This document shows positions 45,606-56,006 of a stretch of 64,000 nucleotides of DNA, piece after piece. Made by a program: the position numbers and the translations under genes. Numbering within the stretch: position 1 is the first letter of the stretch; each line of letters begins with the position of its first letter. The notes beneath the pieces are model-generated. The model saw nothing but the letters and a program-made list of their open reading frames with translations, was not told the DNA's origin and did no database searches. Origin of the DNA: a virus (Duplodnaviria; Caudoviricetes). Where the stretch lies: the IMG/VR virus record IMGVR_UViG_3300032239_001501, positions 32,001 to 96,000 of that record. One strand, given 5' to 3'.

Positions 45606-46222
45606 TAGAAGATATAGAAGGGATAGACCCAAAAATGATGCAAGAAATAATGGAACAGTTTGAAAAAATAAAAAAAGAAGCTGGAATAGAACCTGATGAC
45701 CAATCTAAAAAAGAAATGGAAGATATGTTAGGATTTACTATGGATGAACTTGATGAAGATATTATTTTAAAAGCAAAAACAAGAATTTTACAAGTAAAAA
45801 AAATTCATCCAGATGCCTATAGTCCAGTTTACAATTATAAGTCAGATTCAGGATTTGATTTACATTCAGTAGAAGAAGTTAATTTAGAACCTTTTGGTAG
45901 AGCAATAGTTCCTACAGGTTTAGTTCTTGGTATTCCAGAAGAATATGAAATTCAAGTTAGACCAAAAAGTGGGTTAGCATTAAAACAAGGATTGACTGTT
46001 TTGAATACACCAGGAACTGTAGATGCAGGATACGATGGAGAAATAAAAGTAATAATATTCAATACCACTAATAATCCAGTTACAATTAATAAAGGAATGA
46101 AAATAGGTCAAGCTGTATTATGCCCAGTTGTTTGTGGAAAATATGTTGGTATTGAACTTGTTGAAAATATTGAAAAAAGAGAACGTGGTAATAACGGATT
46201 TGGAAGTACTGGATTATTTTAA
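45602..46222 (+). CDS. dut: Trimeric dUTPase with acidic N-terminal extension
   Basis: SGFDL, RPKSG, GTVDAGYDGE, KIGQ, RGNNGFGSTG. Confidence 0.95.
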   Translation: MIEDIEGIDPKMMQEIMEQFEKIKKEAGIEPDDQSKKEMEDMLGFTMDELDEDIILKAKTRILQVKKIHPDAYSPVYNYKSDSGFDLHSVEEVNLEPFGRAIVPTGLVLGIPEEYEIQVRPKSGLALKQGLTVLNTPGTVDAGYDGEIKVIIFNTTNNPVTINKGMKIGQAVLCPVVCGKYVGIELVENIEKRERGNNGFGSTGLF

Positions 46223-46249
46223 AAAAAATAAGTAAAAAATAATTAAATA

Positions 46250-47878
46250 ATGTTAACAATAGCATATTCAACAAGAAAACCAAATCCTGAATTTACAGAA
46301 TATTTGAAAAAAAGTTCTGGATTTAAAAAAATTAATGTAATAGAAAAAGTTAATAATGGAGAGAAATCATTATCTCAAGTTTATAACGAAATTTTATCTG
46401 AATCAAAAACTGACATAATTGTATTTTGTCATGATGATATCTATTTTGATACGTCAGGATGGTACAACAAAATAATGAAACACTTTGATAAAAGTGATTT
46501 TGGTATTATTGGTATGGCAGGATCGACAAGTTTACCAAGTAGTGGACAATGGTGGGAAGATAGAAAGAAAATGATTGGTATTGTTAATCATGAACATGAA
46601 GGTAAAAAATGGGCGTCAAAATATTCTGAAGATTTAAATAAAAAAATTAAAGAAACCGTAATGGTTGATGGGTTATTTTTTGCCGTTAGTAAAACAAAAT
46701 TAAAAAGTAATTTTATTGAAGAGTTTAAAGGATTCCATTTTTATGATGTTGCATTTTGTTTTGAAAACTTCCTTAAAGGTGTTAAAGTTGGAGTCATTAC
46801 AGATATTAGAGTTACCCATAAATCTATAGGTCAAACTAATGAACAATGGGAAGAAAATAGAAAATTATTTGTTGAAAAATATTCAGAATCTTTACCAGCA
46901 AAAACAGATTTTGATAAAGATAAAAGATTAAAGGTTTTAATATCGTGTCTGTTTTTTAGAACCCTAACAGGTTCAGAATTGTATGTTTATGAACTTGCAA
47001 AAGAGTTAATTAAACTTAATTGTAGCGTTACAGTATTATCACAAATAGGTGGACCTTTAACCGATATGGCAAGAAAAATTGGTATTAAATGTCTTTCATT
47101 TGAAGAAGCACCAGGATTTAAACTTGGTGATGGAAAGTGGGGATTTAATACTGAAGAAGGGTTTAAACCTTCAATATTAAATAATTTATATAGAATTTCT
47201 GAAGTTAATTTTGACATAATACATATGCAACATAAACCAGTTGCTGAAAGAATGATTCAATTTTACCCTGAGATAGATAAAATATATTCAATACATTCTG
47301 AAGTTATTGATTTGGAAAATCCAATTAAACATGAATCTATCAAAAAATATATTGCAATTAGACCTGAAATTAAGGATTATATTGTTAATGAATTTGAAAT
47401 TCCTGAGAAAGATGTTGAGGTAATTTACAATCCTGTTGATAACTTAAAGTTTCAACCAAAGGATAAAAAAGATGATAATTATGTTTTATTTGTTGGTACA
47501 ATAGATTACTTAAGAAAAGAAACTATTTTAGATTTGATGGAAAAAACAAAAGAAGAAGGGAAAGAACTATGGTTAGTCGGTGAAGATAAATCAAATTATT
47601 TACAACAAGTATTATTTGAACAACATGTAAAACATTTCCCTCCTACGTGGAACATTGAAGGATTTATACATTCTTGTTCTGAAACAGCTGGAATCCAATT
47701 AGGAAGGACAACTATAGAAGGTTGGATGTGTGGAAAACCAAGTTGGATATATAATGTAAATTCAAATGGATTTATACAATCAAAAGAATTATATCAACCT
47801 CCAGTTGATATTGAAAAATACTTTACATCAAATGTTGCAAAACAAATAAAAGAAAAATATATTGAAATTCTGTCGTGA
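46250..47878 (+). CDS. Bifunctional glycosyltransferase: GT2-like (GT-A) plus GT4-like (GT-B)
   Basis: FCHDD, DGLF, GFHFYD, HKSIG; then GSELYVYELAKEL, IYNPVD, GRTTIEGWMCGKP. Confidence 0.8.
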   Translation: MLTIAYSTRKPNPEFTEYLKKSSGFKKINVIEKVNNGEKSLSQVYNEILSESKTDIIVFCHDDIYFDTSGWYNKIMKHFDKSDFGIIGMAGSTSLPSSGQWWEDRKKMIGIVNHEHEGKKWASKYSEDLNKKIKETVMVDGLFFAVSKTKLKSNFIEEFKGFHFYDVAFCFENFLKGVKVGVITDIRVTHKSIGQTNEQWEENRKLFVEKYSESLPAKTDFDKDKRLKVLISCLFFRTLTGSELYVYELAKELIKLNCSVTVLSQIGGPLTDMARKIGIKCLSFEEAPGFKLGDGKWGFNTEEGFKPSILNNLYRISEVNFDIIHMQHKPVAERMIQFYPEIDKIYSIHSEVIDLENPIKHESIKKYIAIRPEIKDYIVNEFEIPEKDVEVIYNPVDNLKFQPKDKKDDNYVLFVGTIDYLRKETILDLMEKTKEEGKELWLVGEDKSNYLQQVLFEQHVKHFPPTWNIEGFIHSCSETAGIQLGRTTIEGWMCGKPSWIYNVNSNGFIQSKELYQPPVDIEKYFTSNVAKQIKEKYIEILS

Positions 47879-48585
47879 TAATATTAACTACAACATATAA
47901 TTGTTCTTCGTATGTGGAAAAATCTTTGTTGAGTATTATGTCGCAAAGATTTAAAGATTTTACTTGTTATATTACAGATGACTTATCTACAGATAATACA
48001 AGAGAAGTTATCAAAAAAACTATTGAAGGAGACTCAAGATTCATCTTAATAGAAAATCACATTAAATTATATCAACCAGGTAATTACGACCAAATTATTA
48101 ATTGGAGATCAATACCTGGTGAAGAAATATGCGTAGAAGTAGATGGTGATGATTGGTTGCCTGATTCAAATGTTTTTACAAGAATTAATGATGTATACCA
48201 AGATACTAATGTTTGGATGACAAGTGGTTCATTTAAGTATCACGATGGTAGATCGGGGTTTGCAAGTCCCCCAAAACAATTTAATAATATTAGACATCAA
48301 GCCTTCACATTATCTCATCTTAGAACTTGGAAATCTTGGTTATGGAAAAAGATTAAAGAAGAAGATTTAAAAGATGAAAATGGTAATTATTGGAATGTTG
48401 CAGGAGATTTATCATTTATGTTTCCAATGTTTGAAATGTCAGGGGAAGAACATTATAGATTTTTGCCCGATATAAATTACATTTATAATGAGTCAAATCC
48501 GATTAATGACCACAAAGTTAACATGAATAATGTTATATCAACAGTAAATAAAATAAGAAATAAACCTGAATACAAAAAAATATGA
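47875..48585 (+). CDS. GT2-family glycosyltransferase
   Basis: TTTYN, TDDLSTD, VDGDDW, YIYN. Confidence 0.85.
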   Translation: MIILTTTYNCSSYVEKSLLSIMSQRFKDFTCYITDDLSTDNTREVIKKTIEGDSRFILIENHIKLYQPGNYDQIINWRSIPGEEICVEVDGDDWLPDSNVFTRINDVYQDTNVWMTSGSFKYHDGRSGFASPPKQFNNIRHQAFTLSHLRTWKSWLWKKIKEEDLKDENGNYWNVAGDLSFMFPMFEMSGEEHYRFLPDINYIYNESNPINDHKVNMNNVISTVNKIRNKPEYKKI

Positions 48586-49199
48586 CACCAAACGAAAAAT
48601 GGAACGCAGATAGGGGTGATGATACATTAATCATTGATTACCCTTTAAATGAAAATTCACAAGTAATTGAATTAGGAGGATATCATGGATTATGGACTAA
48701 AAGAATATCAGAAAAATTTAATTGTAATATTTTAACAATTGAACCGATACCCGAATTTTATAATAACATGGTAAACGAATTTAATTATTATTTAAAAAAT
48801 AATAGAGATAAAATTAAAACTGAAAATTTTGGAATATCAACCGAAGAAAAAGAACTTTCATTTTCAGTTAATGGTGATGCAACTTCTGCACATCTACCAT
48901 CCTCAAACCAAACTACAATTACTTGTCACACTTTAGAATATTATTTACAAAAATATAATATTGATAAAGTTGATTTATTACAAGTTAATATTGAAGGTGA
49001 AGAATATCCTTTATTGGAAGAATGGACTAAATCAGGAATCATTAATAAAGTAAAATATTTACAAGTTCAGTTTCATAGATATGGTGAAAACTATGATTTG
49101 AGACATAAAACCATACAAGAAAATTTAAAAAACTTAGGATTTAAACTTAGGTTTGAATATGATTTTGTTTGGGAGGCGTGGGAAAATACAAATATCTAA
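48582..49199 (+). CDS. FkbM-family SAM-dependent methyltransferase
   Basis: IELGGYHG, IEP, VDLLQVNIEGEEY, LQVQFH. Confidence 0.8.
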   Translation: MTPNEKWNADRGDDTLIIDYPLNENSQVIELGGYHGLWTKRISEKFNCNILTIEPIPEFYNNMVNEFNYYLKNNRDKIKTENFGISTEEKELSFSVNGDATSAHLPSSNQTTITCHTLEYYLQKYNIDKVDLLQVNIEGEEYPLLEEWTKSGIINKVKYLQVQFHRYGENYDLRHKTIQENLKNLGFKLRFEYDFVWEAWENTNI

Positions 49200-49202
49200 T
49201 CT

Positions 49203-50021
49203 ATGGGTAATTTAATATCTTGTAATTTAATGGGAGGATTGGGAAATCAAATGTTCCAAGCAGGACATGCTTTGGCACAAGGGTGGAAACATAATAGAGA
49301 TTCTGTTTTTTTACCTAAGTCTTGGACTCCAATGCAAGGAAAAGATACTTCTCATTATAAAGAAAATGTTTTTAGAAATCTAACATTTGTTGATAATATT
49401 GACGGATTCACCAAAGTTCATGAAGGGCCTTGGGAATTTTCAGAAATAAATCCTGTTGAAGAAAACACTGTCTTTGAAGGTTATTTCCAAAGTGGAAAAA
49501 ACTTATTAGGATTTAATGATAAGATTAGAGTTATGTTTGGTCCAACAGAACAGTTTATAACTGAAATTACACAAAAATACCCACAACTTAATCAAGATAA
49601 TACCGTATCAATTCACATTAGATTTGGTGATTACAAACAAAATCCACATATACATCCAAGTGTTTCAAAAGAATACTTAGATAAAGCATTAGAGATGATT
49701 GGTTCATACAGTCATCTATTTTTATTTGGGGATGATAAAGAATGGTTATCAAATAACTTTACAGGTGACAAAATCACTTTAGTAAATGAAGACGATTATG
49801 TTGATATGTGGATGATGTCTCTTTGTAAAAATAACATAATACCAAACTCCACATTTTCTTGGTGGAGTGCGTTTCTTAATAAAAACATAAATAAAAAAGT
49901 AATTGCTCCGTCAATTTGGTTTGGTCCAAGTGGACCTCAAAAATACTACGATATGTACGAACCTGATTGGACTAAAATGGATGTCATTTACTCTGACGGA
50001 GAATTAAAACCAACAAATTAA
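49203..50021 (+). CDS. GT11 alpha-1,2-fucosyltransferase homologue
   Basis: GGLGNQMFQ, EGYFQS, SIHIRFGDY, MSLCKNNIIPNSTFSWW. Confidence 0.9.
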   Translation: MGNLISCNLMGGLGNQMFQAGHALAQGWKHNRDSVFLPKSWTPMQGKDTSHYKENVFRNLTFVDNIDGFTKVHEGPWEFSEINPVEENTVFEGYFQSGKNLLGFNDKIRVMFGPTEQFITEITQKYPQLNQDNTVSIHIRFGDYKQNPHIHPSVSKEYLDKALEMIGSYSHLFLFGDDKEWLSNNFTGDKITLVNEDDYVDMWMMSLCKNNIIPNSTFSWWSAFLNKNINKKVIAPSIWFGPSGPQKYYDMYEPDWTKMDVIYSDGELKPTN

Positions 50022-50022
50022 T

Positions 50023-50853
50023 ATGAACGACAAAATTAAAATTAGAAAAGTTTCTGATTATTGGGGACAATATGATTGTTCTTCAGCAAGAAACACTCCA
50101 AAAACATTACATTGGTTATCAAGAGATACTCAAGACCCATATGAGATAAGTGTCTATGTTGATAATTACATTAAAGATTTGGGATTTAATGATCCATCAA
50201 GAGAAAAAATTGGGTGGTTATTAGAATCCCCACAAATGAATGAAGGAACTATCAACTATCTTCTTAATAATTTAGATATGGTAAAAGAACACTATAAATA
50301 CATTTTTACTTGTATGGATAGTTTAATTGCTCTTGGTTCTCCATTTACATATACTATTTCAAACGCAGTGCCTTGGATATGGGAACAAAATAGAAAAATT
50401 CATGAAAAAACTAAATTAGTTAGTATGATTGCTTCTAATAAAGGATGGTTACGTGGTCATAAAAATAGATTAGATTGGGTTGAAAAATTAAAAGATAAAG
50501 TTGATTTATTTGGTACAGGAAGACCAAATCAATTGAATGATAAAGAGGACGGATTGAAAGATTATATGTTTTCTGTATCAATTGAAAATGATGATTCTGA
50601 TGGATATTTTACAGAAAAATTAACTGACAATTTTGTTACAGGAACAGTTCCAGTATATTGGGGATCTAGAAAAATTGTTGAAAAATATTTTGACCCAACA
50701 GGTGTAATCTTTTTAGAAGACGACCCGACACTATCAACTTTATCAGTTGAAAAGTATAAATCAATGATTCCTGCAATTGAAAGAAATTTCAAAGCGGCTC
50801 AAGAACTTCCTATTTCGGAAGATTATTTCTTTGAAAAATATTTAAAAAAATGA
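50023..50853 (+). CDS. GT10 alpha-1,3/4-fucosyltransferase homologue
   Basis: LESP, MIASNK, YMFSVSIEN, YFTEKL, GTVPVYWG. Confidence 0.88.
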   Translation: MNDKIKIRKVSDYWGQYDCSSARNTPKTLHWLSRDTQDPYEISVYVDNYIKDLGFNDPSREKIGWLLESPQMNEGTINYLLNNLDMVKEHYKYIFTCMDSLIALGSPFTYTISNAVPWIWEQNRKIHEKTKLVSMIASNKGWLRGHKNRLDWVEKLKDKVDLFGTGRPNQLNDKEDGLKDYMFSVSIENDDSDGYFTEKLTDNFVTGTVPVYWGSRKIVEKYFDPTGVIFLEDDPTLSTLSVEKYKSMIPAIERNFKAAQELPISEDYFFEKYLKK

Positions 50854-51680
50854 AATATCTAGTTTTAGGTTCGGAAGGCCAAATTGGCTTAGAACTTTGT
50901 AAATTTTTAAAAAAAGAAGGTCATGAAGTTTTAACTTTTGACATAGAAGAAAATTTTATGCAAGATTTAAGAATAAAAGGTATTGTTGATTCTCGTGTAA
51001 AAGAAGCTGACTTTGTAATGTTTTTAGCATTTGATGTTGGAGGTTCAAGATATTTAAAAAAATATCAAAATACATATGAGTTTATAGATAATAATGCAAG
51101 ACTTATGGTTAATACATTTGACGCATTAAAGTCATATAGAAAACCTTTTATTTTTGCATCATCTCAGATGTCTAATATGTCATATTCTCCTTATGGAGTT
51201 GCCAAAGCTTTAGGAGAATGTTATACAAAGGCTTTAGGAGGTATTACTGTTAAATTTTGGAATGTTTATGGGCCTGAACATAATTTAGAAAAATCTCATG
51301 TAATTACCGATTTTATTTTAAAGGCTAAAGATTATGGACATATTACAATGATGACTGATGGAACAGAAGAAAGACAATTCCTTCATGCTGAAGATTGTTC
51401 AAACGCTTTAATTATTTTATCTGAAAAGTATAATGAAATAGATAGAAACAAAGAATTACATATCACAAATTTTGAATGGAATACTATTTTAGAAGTTGCA
51501 GAAATAATTAAAGAACAAATTTATTGTAAAATAACCCCATCAAAAGAAATTGATACGGTACAACTTAATAAAAGAAATGAACCAGACCCATATATTTTAA
51601 ATTATTGGAAACCAAAAATTTCATTAAAAGAAGGGATTGGAAAAATTGTAAAACAAATTAATGATGGATCTATTTTCTGA
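50850..51680 (+). CDS. NAD-dependent NDP-sugar epimerase/dehydratase/reductase (extended SDR)
   Basis: GSEGQIG, FASS, YGVAK, NVYGP, RQFLHAED. Confidence 0.85.
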   Translation: MKYLVLGSEGQIGLELCKFLKKEGHEVLTFDIEENFMQDLRIKGIVDSRVKEADFVMFLAFDVGGSRYLKKYQNTYEFIDNNARLMVNTFDALKSYRKPFIFASSQMSNMSYSPYGVAKALGECYTKALGGITVKFWNVYGPEHNLEKSHVITDFILKAKDYGHITMMTDGTEERQFLHAEDCSNALIILSEKYNEIDRNKELHITNFEWNTILEVAEIIKEQIYCKITPSKEIDTVQLNKRNEPDPYILNYWKPKISLKEGIGKIVKQINDGSIF

Positions 51681-52524
51681 TATATTAACATCACACCATT
51701 ATGAATTATATTCCAAAGAATCAAAAACTTATATTTCTAAAAAAGATTCAGGATTATATTCAATATTAGTTTGGATTGTTAGAAAAATAGCATTACTAGA
51801 ATTAAATGGATTTCCTGTAGAAAATTTAGAAATTCAATATCATAATGAAGAATTATACGGATTACTTTTTGAAAAAAAAGATATTCAACTTGATTTTTCA
51901 AATATATCAAATGAAGAAAAAATCTTTTTTAAAGAGGAATTGAACACTACAGGATTTGGATTAGGTAGTAATGTTAAATTATTAAATTTTAATATTACTA
52001 ATCAAATTATTAATAAATTTTTCACACCAAATAAAACAGTATTAAATTATTATGATAATCTAATTAAAAGAAATAATATTGATTTAGATAATACAATATT
52101 TGTATGGGCAAGAAGTACAGATAAATCTGGTGAATCAAGACTACCAGGAGTATTTGCATATCTTAGTGTAATACGATCAATTGACCTTTCAGGTAAAGAA
52201 GTTTTAGTACAGACAGATGATATTAGAGTTTTCAAGGAATTTAATAGTACTAAAATTAAAATTAAAACTATTCCTGAAATTCCAATATCAGACAAATTAA
52301 GAGGATTTCATAATGAAATGAATGAAATGAGTGATGATAAGTTTAAAACTTTATATAATATTACAAAACACGAATATTTTTTACAAATGTATTGTTTGTC
52401 TTTAATCGGAAAAAATGCTTACAAAACAATACTGTACCCCGGAAATCCAACAACATATATACCAATGTTAAAAGGTTCTTTTGATAATTGTTATTTATTT
52501 AAGGATGATAATCATCTATTTTAA
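51661..52524 (+). CDS. GT23/NodZ/O-fucosyltransferase-clan-like protein
   Basis: VWARSTDKSGE resembles the HxRxTDK..E GDP-fucose motif of GT23; VLVQTDD resembles motif II. Confidence 0.55.
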   Translation: MMDLFSDILTSHHYELYSKESKTYISKKDSGLYSILVWIVRKIALLELNGFPVENLEIQYHNEELYGLLFEKKDIQLDFSNISNEEKIFFKEELNTTGFGLGSNVKLLNFNITNQIINKFFTPNKTVLNYYDNLIKRNNIDLDNTIFVWARSTDKSGESRLPGVFAYLSVIRSIDLSGKEVLVQTDDIRVFKEFNSTKIKIKTIPEIPISDKLRGFHNEMNEMSDDKFKTLYNITKHEYFLQMYCLSLIGKNAYKTILYPGNPTTYIPMLKGSFDNCYLFKDDNHLF

Positions 52525-52536
52525 TAAAAAAAAACT

Positions 52537-53172
52537 ATGAAGTCATATTCTCAATGTGGACAAGATTTATTTGTCTATTATCTAAATGAAGGAACACCAG
52601 GTAAATTTTTAGACTTAGGATGTTCTTTACCTAAAAAAATTAATAATACCTATCTTTTAGAATTAAACGGATGGGATGGAATATCATTAGATATTCAAGA
52701 TTTTAATGAACAATGGAAAGAAAGAAAATCTAAGTTCATACAAGCAGATTGTCTTAACCAAGATTATAATGAACTACTTAAAGATTATTATGATAACACT
52801 GTAATTGATTACCTAACATTAGATATGGAAGGTTGTGGAGATAGGTACAGACTACTTCAAAAAATTATTGAAAGTGATTATACCTTTAAAATAATCACAA
52901 TAGAACACGACGCATATATTGGAAGTGAATTTGTAAACAAAGAACAAATACCTCAACGTAAATTGTTAGAATCAAAAGGTTATAAATTAGTTTGTTCAGA
53001 TGTATCTCATTCAAAAAGTCCTGAATTATTTTTTGAAGATTGGTGGGTTAATCCTCAATATTTTGAAGAATCAGATATCACGGCTTGGAGCGACAATAAA
53101 ATTAGTTGCGATAAAATTTTTGAAAAATTAAATATTGTATATGAAATTGCAGACGAATCCAAAGATAGGTAA
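52537..53172 (+). CDS. FkbM/Methyltransf_21-like methyltransferase
   Basis: YSQCGQD, FLDLG, NNTYLLE..GWDG, IDYLTLDMEG, ITIEHD, FEDWWV. Confidence 0.8.
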   Translation: MKSYSQCGQDLFVYYLNEGTPGKFLDLGCSLPKKINNTYLLELNGWDGISLDIQDFNEQWKERKSKFIQADCLNQDYNELLKDYYDNTVIDYLTLDMEGCGDRYRLLQKIIESDYTFKIITIEHDAYIGSEFVNKEQIPQRKLLESKGYKLVCSDVSHSKSPELFFEDWWVNPQYFEESDITAWSDNKISCDKIFEKLNIVYEIADESKDR

Positions 53173-54262
53173 AAAAATAGTTGTTCTCGGTGGAGGAGGC
53201 TTCATAGGTGGACACTTAGCAAAAAGATTAAAAGAAGAAGGTAATCACGTTAGAATTTGTGATATTAAAAAACATGAACATTTTTTTCATGAAGAAATAT
53301 GTCACGAGTTTATTTTAGGTGATTTAACTGACCCTAAGGTCGTTGATACGGTTATTGAAGAAGATGTTGATGAAGTATACCAATTGGCTGCAGATATGGG
53401 TGGTGCTCTTTATATCTTCACTGGTGAGAATGATGCAAACCTTATGCACAACTCAGCAACAATTAATTTAAACGTATCAAGAGAATGTGTTAAGAAAAAA
53501 GTTAAAAAAGTGTTCTATTCATCATCGGCTTGTATGTATCCTGAACACAATCAATTAGACCCATTAAATCCAAATTGTGAAGAAAGTTCAGCATATCCCG
53601 CAAACCCAGATTCAGAATATGGATGGGAAAAATTATTTTCAGAAAGAGTGTTTTTAGCATACCATAGAAACTATGGATTAAATGTTAGAATCGCAAGATT
53701 CCATAACATCTTTGGGCCACAAGGTACTTGGAAAGGTGGTAGGGAAAAATCACCAGCCGCAATGTGTAGAAAAGTTGCAGAGGCTAAAAATGAAGATATT
53801 ATTGAAGTGTGGGGTAATGGTCAACAAACAAGATCATTTCTTTATGTGGATGAATGCGTTGAAGCTGTATTACGATTAATGGAAAGTGATTTTACAGGAC
53901 CTGTTAATATCGGTAGCGAAGAAATGGTTACAATTAATCAATTAGCAGAATTGGTGATTCAAATTTCAAAAAAGAATTTATCCGTAAAAAATATTGACGG
54001 AGAGGAATTTGTTAAAAAATATGGATTTAAATGTCCTCTTGGAGTAAAAGGAAGAAACTCTGACAATAAACTTTACCGTGAAAAAATTGGATGGGAAGTT
54101 AGTCAACCGTTATCTGTTGGTATAACGAAAACTTTTATTTGGATAAAATCTCAGATAGATATTTTTGAAAAAGAAACCCCATGGATTTATGAAAGTCCTG
54201 ATAAAGGAGAAACAATATATAAAAGAGAACCATTTAATACAGAAAGAATTAAAATAAAATAA
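53141..54262 (+). CDS. GDP-mannose 3,5-epimerase-like SDR; ATG start at 53141
   Basis: GGGGFIG, QLAADMGG, YSSSACMYP, PDSEYGWEK, RFHNIFGP, GGREKSPAAMCRK, WGNGQQTRSF, GVKGRNSDN are characteristic GME blocks. Confidence 0.85.
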   Translation: MKLQTNPKIGKKIVVLGGGGFIGGHLAKRLKEEGNHVRICDIKKHEHFFHEEICHEFILGDLTDPKVVDTVIEEDVDEVYQLAADMGGALYIFTGENDANLMHNSATINLNVSRECVKKKVKKVFYSSSACMYPEHNQLDPLNPNCEESSAYPANPDSEYGWEKLFSERVFLAYHRNYGLNVRIARFHNIFGPQGTWKGGREKSPAAMCRKVAEAKNEDIIEVWGNGQQTRSFLYVDECVEAVLRLMESDFTGPVNIGSEEMVTINQLAELVIQISKKNLSVKNIDGEEFVKKYGFKCPLGVKGRNSDNKLYREKIGWEVSQPLSVGITKTFIWIKSQIDIFEKETPWIYESPDKGETIYKREPFNTERIKIK

Positions 54263-54263
54263 T

Positions 54264-54644
54264 ATGATTACAATACCAGTAAGTGTTGGAGAATTAATTG
54301 ATAAATTATCAATCCTACACGTAAAACAATTAAAAATTTCTAACGAAGAAAAATTGGAGTATGTTAATAAAGAATTTGAACTATTATATAACTTATCATC
54401 ATATTATTTGAATAACCAAGAAGTTGAAAACTTATACCATCAATTAGTTGAAATTAATAAAAAATTATGGGACATAGAAGATAAACTTAGAGTTATTGAA
54501 TCTGAAAACAATTTTGACTTAGAATTTATAGATTTGGCAAGAAAAGTGTACTTTACAAATGATGAAAGATTTAGATTAAAAAATAAAATTAATTTAACTA
54601 CTTTATCTGAAATCAGAGAAATTAAAGACTATAAAAAGTATTAA
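54264..54644 (+). CDS. DUF6165-like protein (associated with glycosyltransferase clusters)
   Basis: IPVSVGELIDKLSIL, LWDIED, ARKVYFTNDERFRLK. Confidence 0.75.
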   Translation: MITIPVSVGELIDKLSILHVKQLKISNEEKLEYVNKEFELLYNLSSYYLNNQEVENLYHQLVEINKKLWDIEDKLRVIESENNFDLEFIDLARKVYFTNDERFRLKNKINLTTLSEIREIKDYKKY

Positions 54645-54660
54645 AATTTAAAACCACTTA

Positions 54661-55398
54661 ATGGGAAAAATAACGAAAAGAACCAGTACATTTCAAATAC
54701 CAAATGAAGAAGGTAAAATTATAAAAACAAAAAAAGAACAAATTTGTTCAATAATAAAAAAGAAAACAAAACAAAAGTTTTTAACTGAAAGTCAAAAAGA
54801 ATACTACGAAAAATTAAATTCAAATCAAATTACAATATGTTCAGGGCCAGCAGGGGTGGGTAAAAGTTTTATTGCAATGAAATGTGCAATAGATTTATTA
54901 TCGGATCCTGAAAATTCATATGAAAAAATTATAATTGTAAGACCCGCAGTTGAAGCAGAAGAAAAACTTGGGTCTTTACCAGGTAATGTTGAAGAAAAAT
55001 TGGATCCTTATATTTTTCCATCATATTATTTATTAAATAAAATTATTGGAAAAGAAACAAGAGAAAAATTAAAAGAAATTGAAGCTGTTGAAATTTTTGC
55101 TTTGGCATACATGAGAGGTATGAATATTGATAATTCAATTCTTATATTTGAAGAAGCACAAAATTCAACTCCAAGTCAAATGAAATTATTATTAACAAGA
55201 ATTGGATTTAATTCCAAATTTTTCATTTCAGGTGACTTAGAACAATTTGATAGACACAAGGATAAAACACATACAGGACTTTGGGATGCTATGAAAAAAT
55301 TCAGAGATTTACAAAGTATTGGTGTTCATGAATTTGGAGAAAATGATATTGTTAGAAACCCTTTAATAACGCAAATTTTAAAAAGATACGAAGAATGA
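54661..55398 (+). CDS. phoH: PhoH-family ATPase
   Basis: GPAGVGKS, RPAVE, LGSLPG, LAYMRG, EEAQN, GDLEQ, DIVRNP. Confidence 0.95.
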   Translation: MGKITKRTSTFQIPNEEGKIIKTKKEQICSIIKKKTKQKFLTESQKEYYEKLNSNQITICSGPAGVGKSFIAMKCAIDLLSDPENSYEKIIIVRPAVEAEEKLGSLPGNVEEKLDPYIFPSYYLLNKIIGKETREKLKEIEAVEIFALAYMRGMNIDNSILIFEEAQNSTPSQMKLLLTRIGFNSKFFISGDLEQFDRHKDKTHTGLWDAMKKFRDLQSIGVHEFGENDIVRNPLITQILKRYEE

Positions 55399-56006
55399 GA
55401 ATCGGTATAGAAATTAATGGAGTTTTACGAGATACTTTAAAAAAAATCCAACAAGAATATGAGAAATGGTATCTAAATGAAAACTGGAAAGAAATGGAAT
55501 TTGTTGAAGATGAAAAAGATATTGAAAGAAAAGTAATATCGGATGTTACATCATTAGATTTAAAAAAACATTTAGAGTTTAAAAATGAAGATGAAATATA
55601 TGATTTTCTTTATGACGAACATACTATGGAAATTTTTGGTCATGCCGGTTCTGTTGAATATAGTGGAATGAATGATTTAAATGATTTTTATGTAGATATG
55701 AGGGATTTTCATGATATTATCATTGTTTCTGACGAAATAGGAAAATCAAAACCGGCATCATTATTTTTTTTAGCAAAGTTTGGATGTATGTTAGAACAAG
55801 TTAAATTTTATAGTGAAAGTACAATTAATTCTCTTTGGGACTCTGTAGACATTTTACTTACAGCGAATCCTAATCTATTATTAAATCATCCTGATAATAA
55901 AATTATTATAAAATATAATACAATTTATAATTCGGATATAAAAAGTGAGAATTCAATTTCTAAATTGAAAGAACTCAAAACTAAAATAGAAAATTTAAAT
56001 GATTAA
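55395..56006 (+). CDS. 5'(3')-nucleotidase-like HAD-fold protein with degenerate motif I
   Basis: MRIGIEINGVLRD where IDxDGVL is expected; overall NT5C-like layout. Confidence 0.55.
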   Translation: MRIGIEINGVLRDTLKKIQQEYEKWYLNENWKEMEFVEDEKDIERKVISDVTSLDLKKHLEFKNEDEIYDFLYDEHTMEIFGHAGSVEYSGMNDLNDFYVDMRDFHDIIIVSDEIGKSKPASLFFLAKFGCMLEQVKFYSESTINSLWDSVDILLTANPNLLLNHPDNKIIIKYNTIYNSDIKSENSISKLKELKTKIENLND

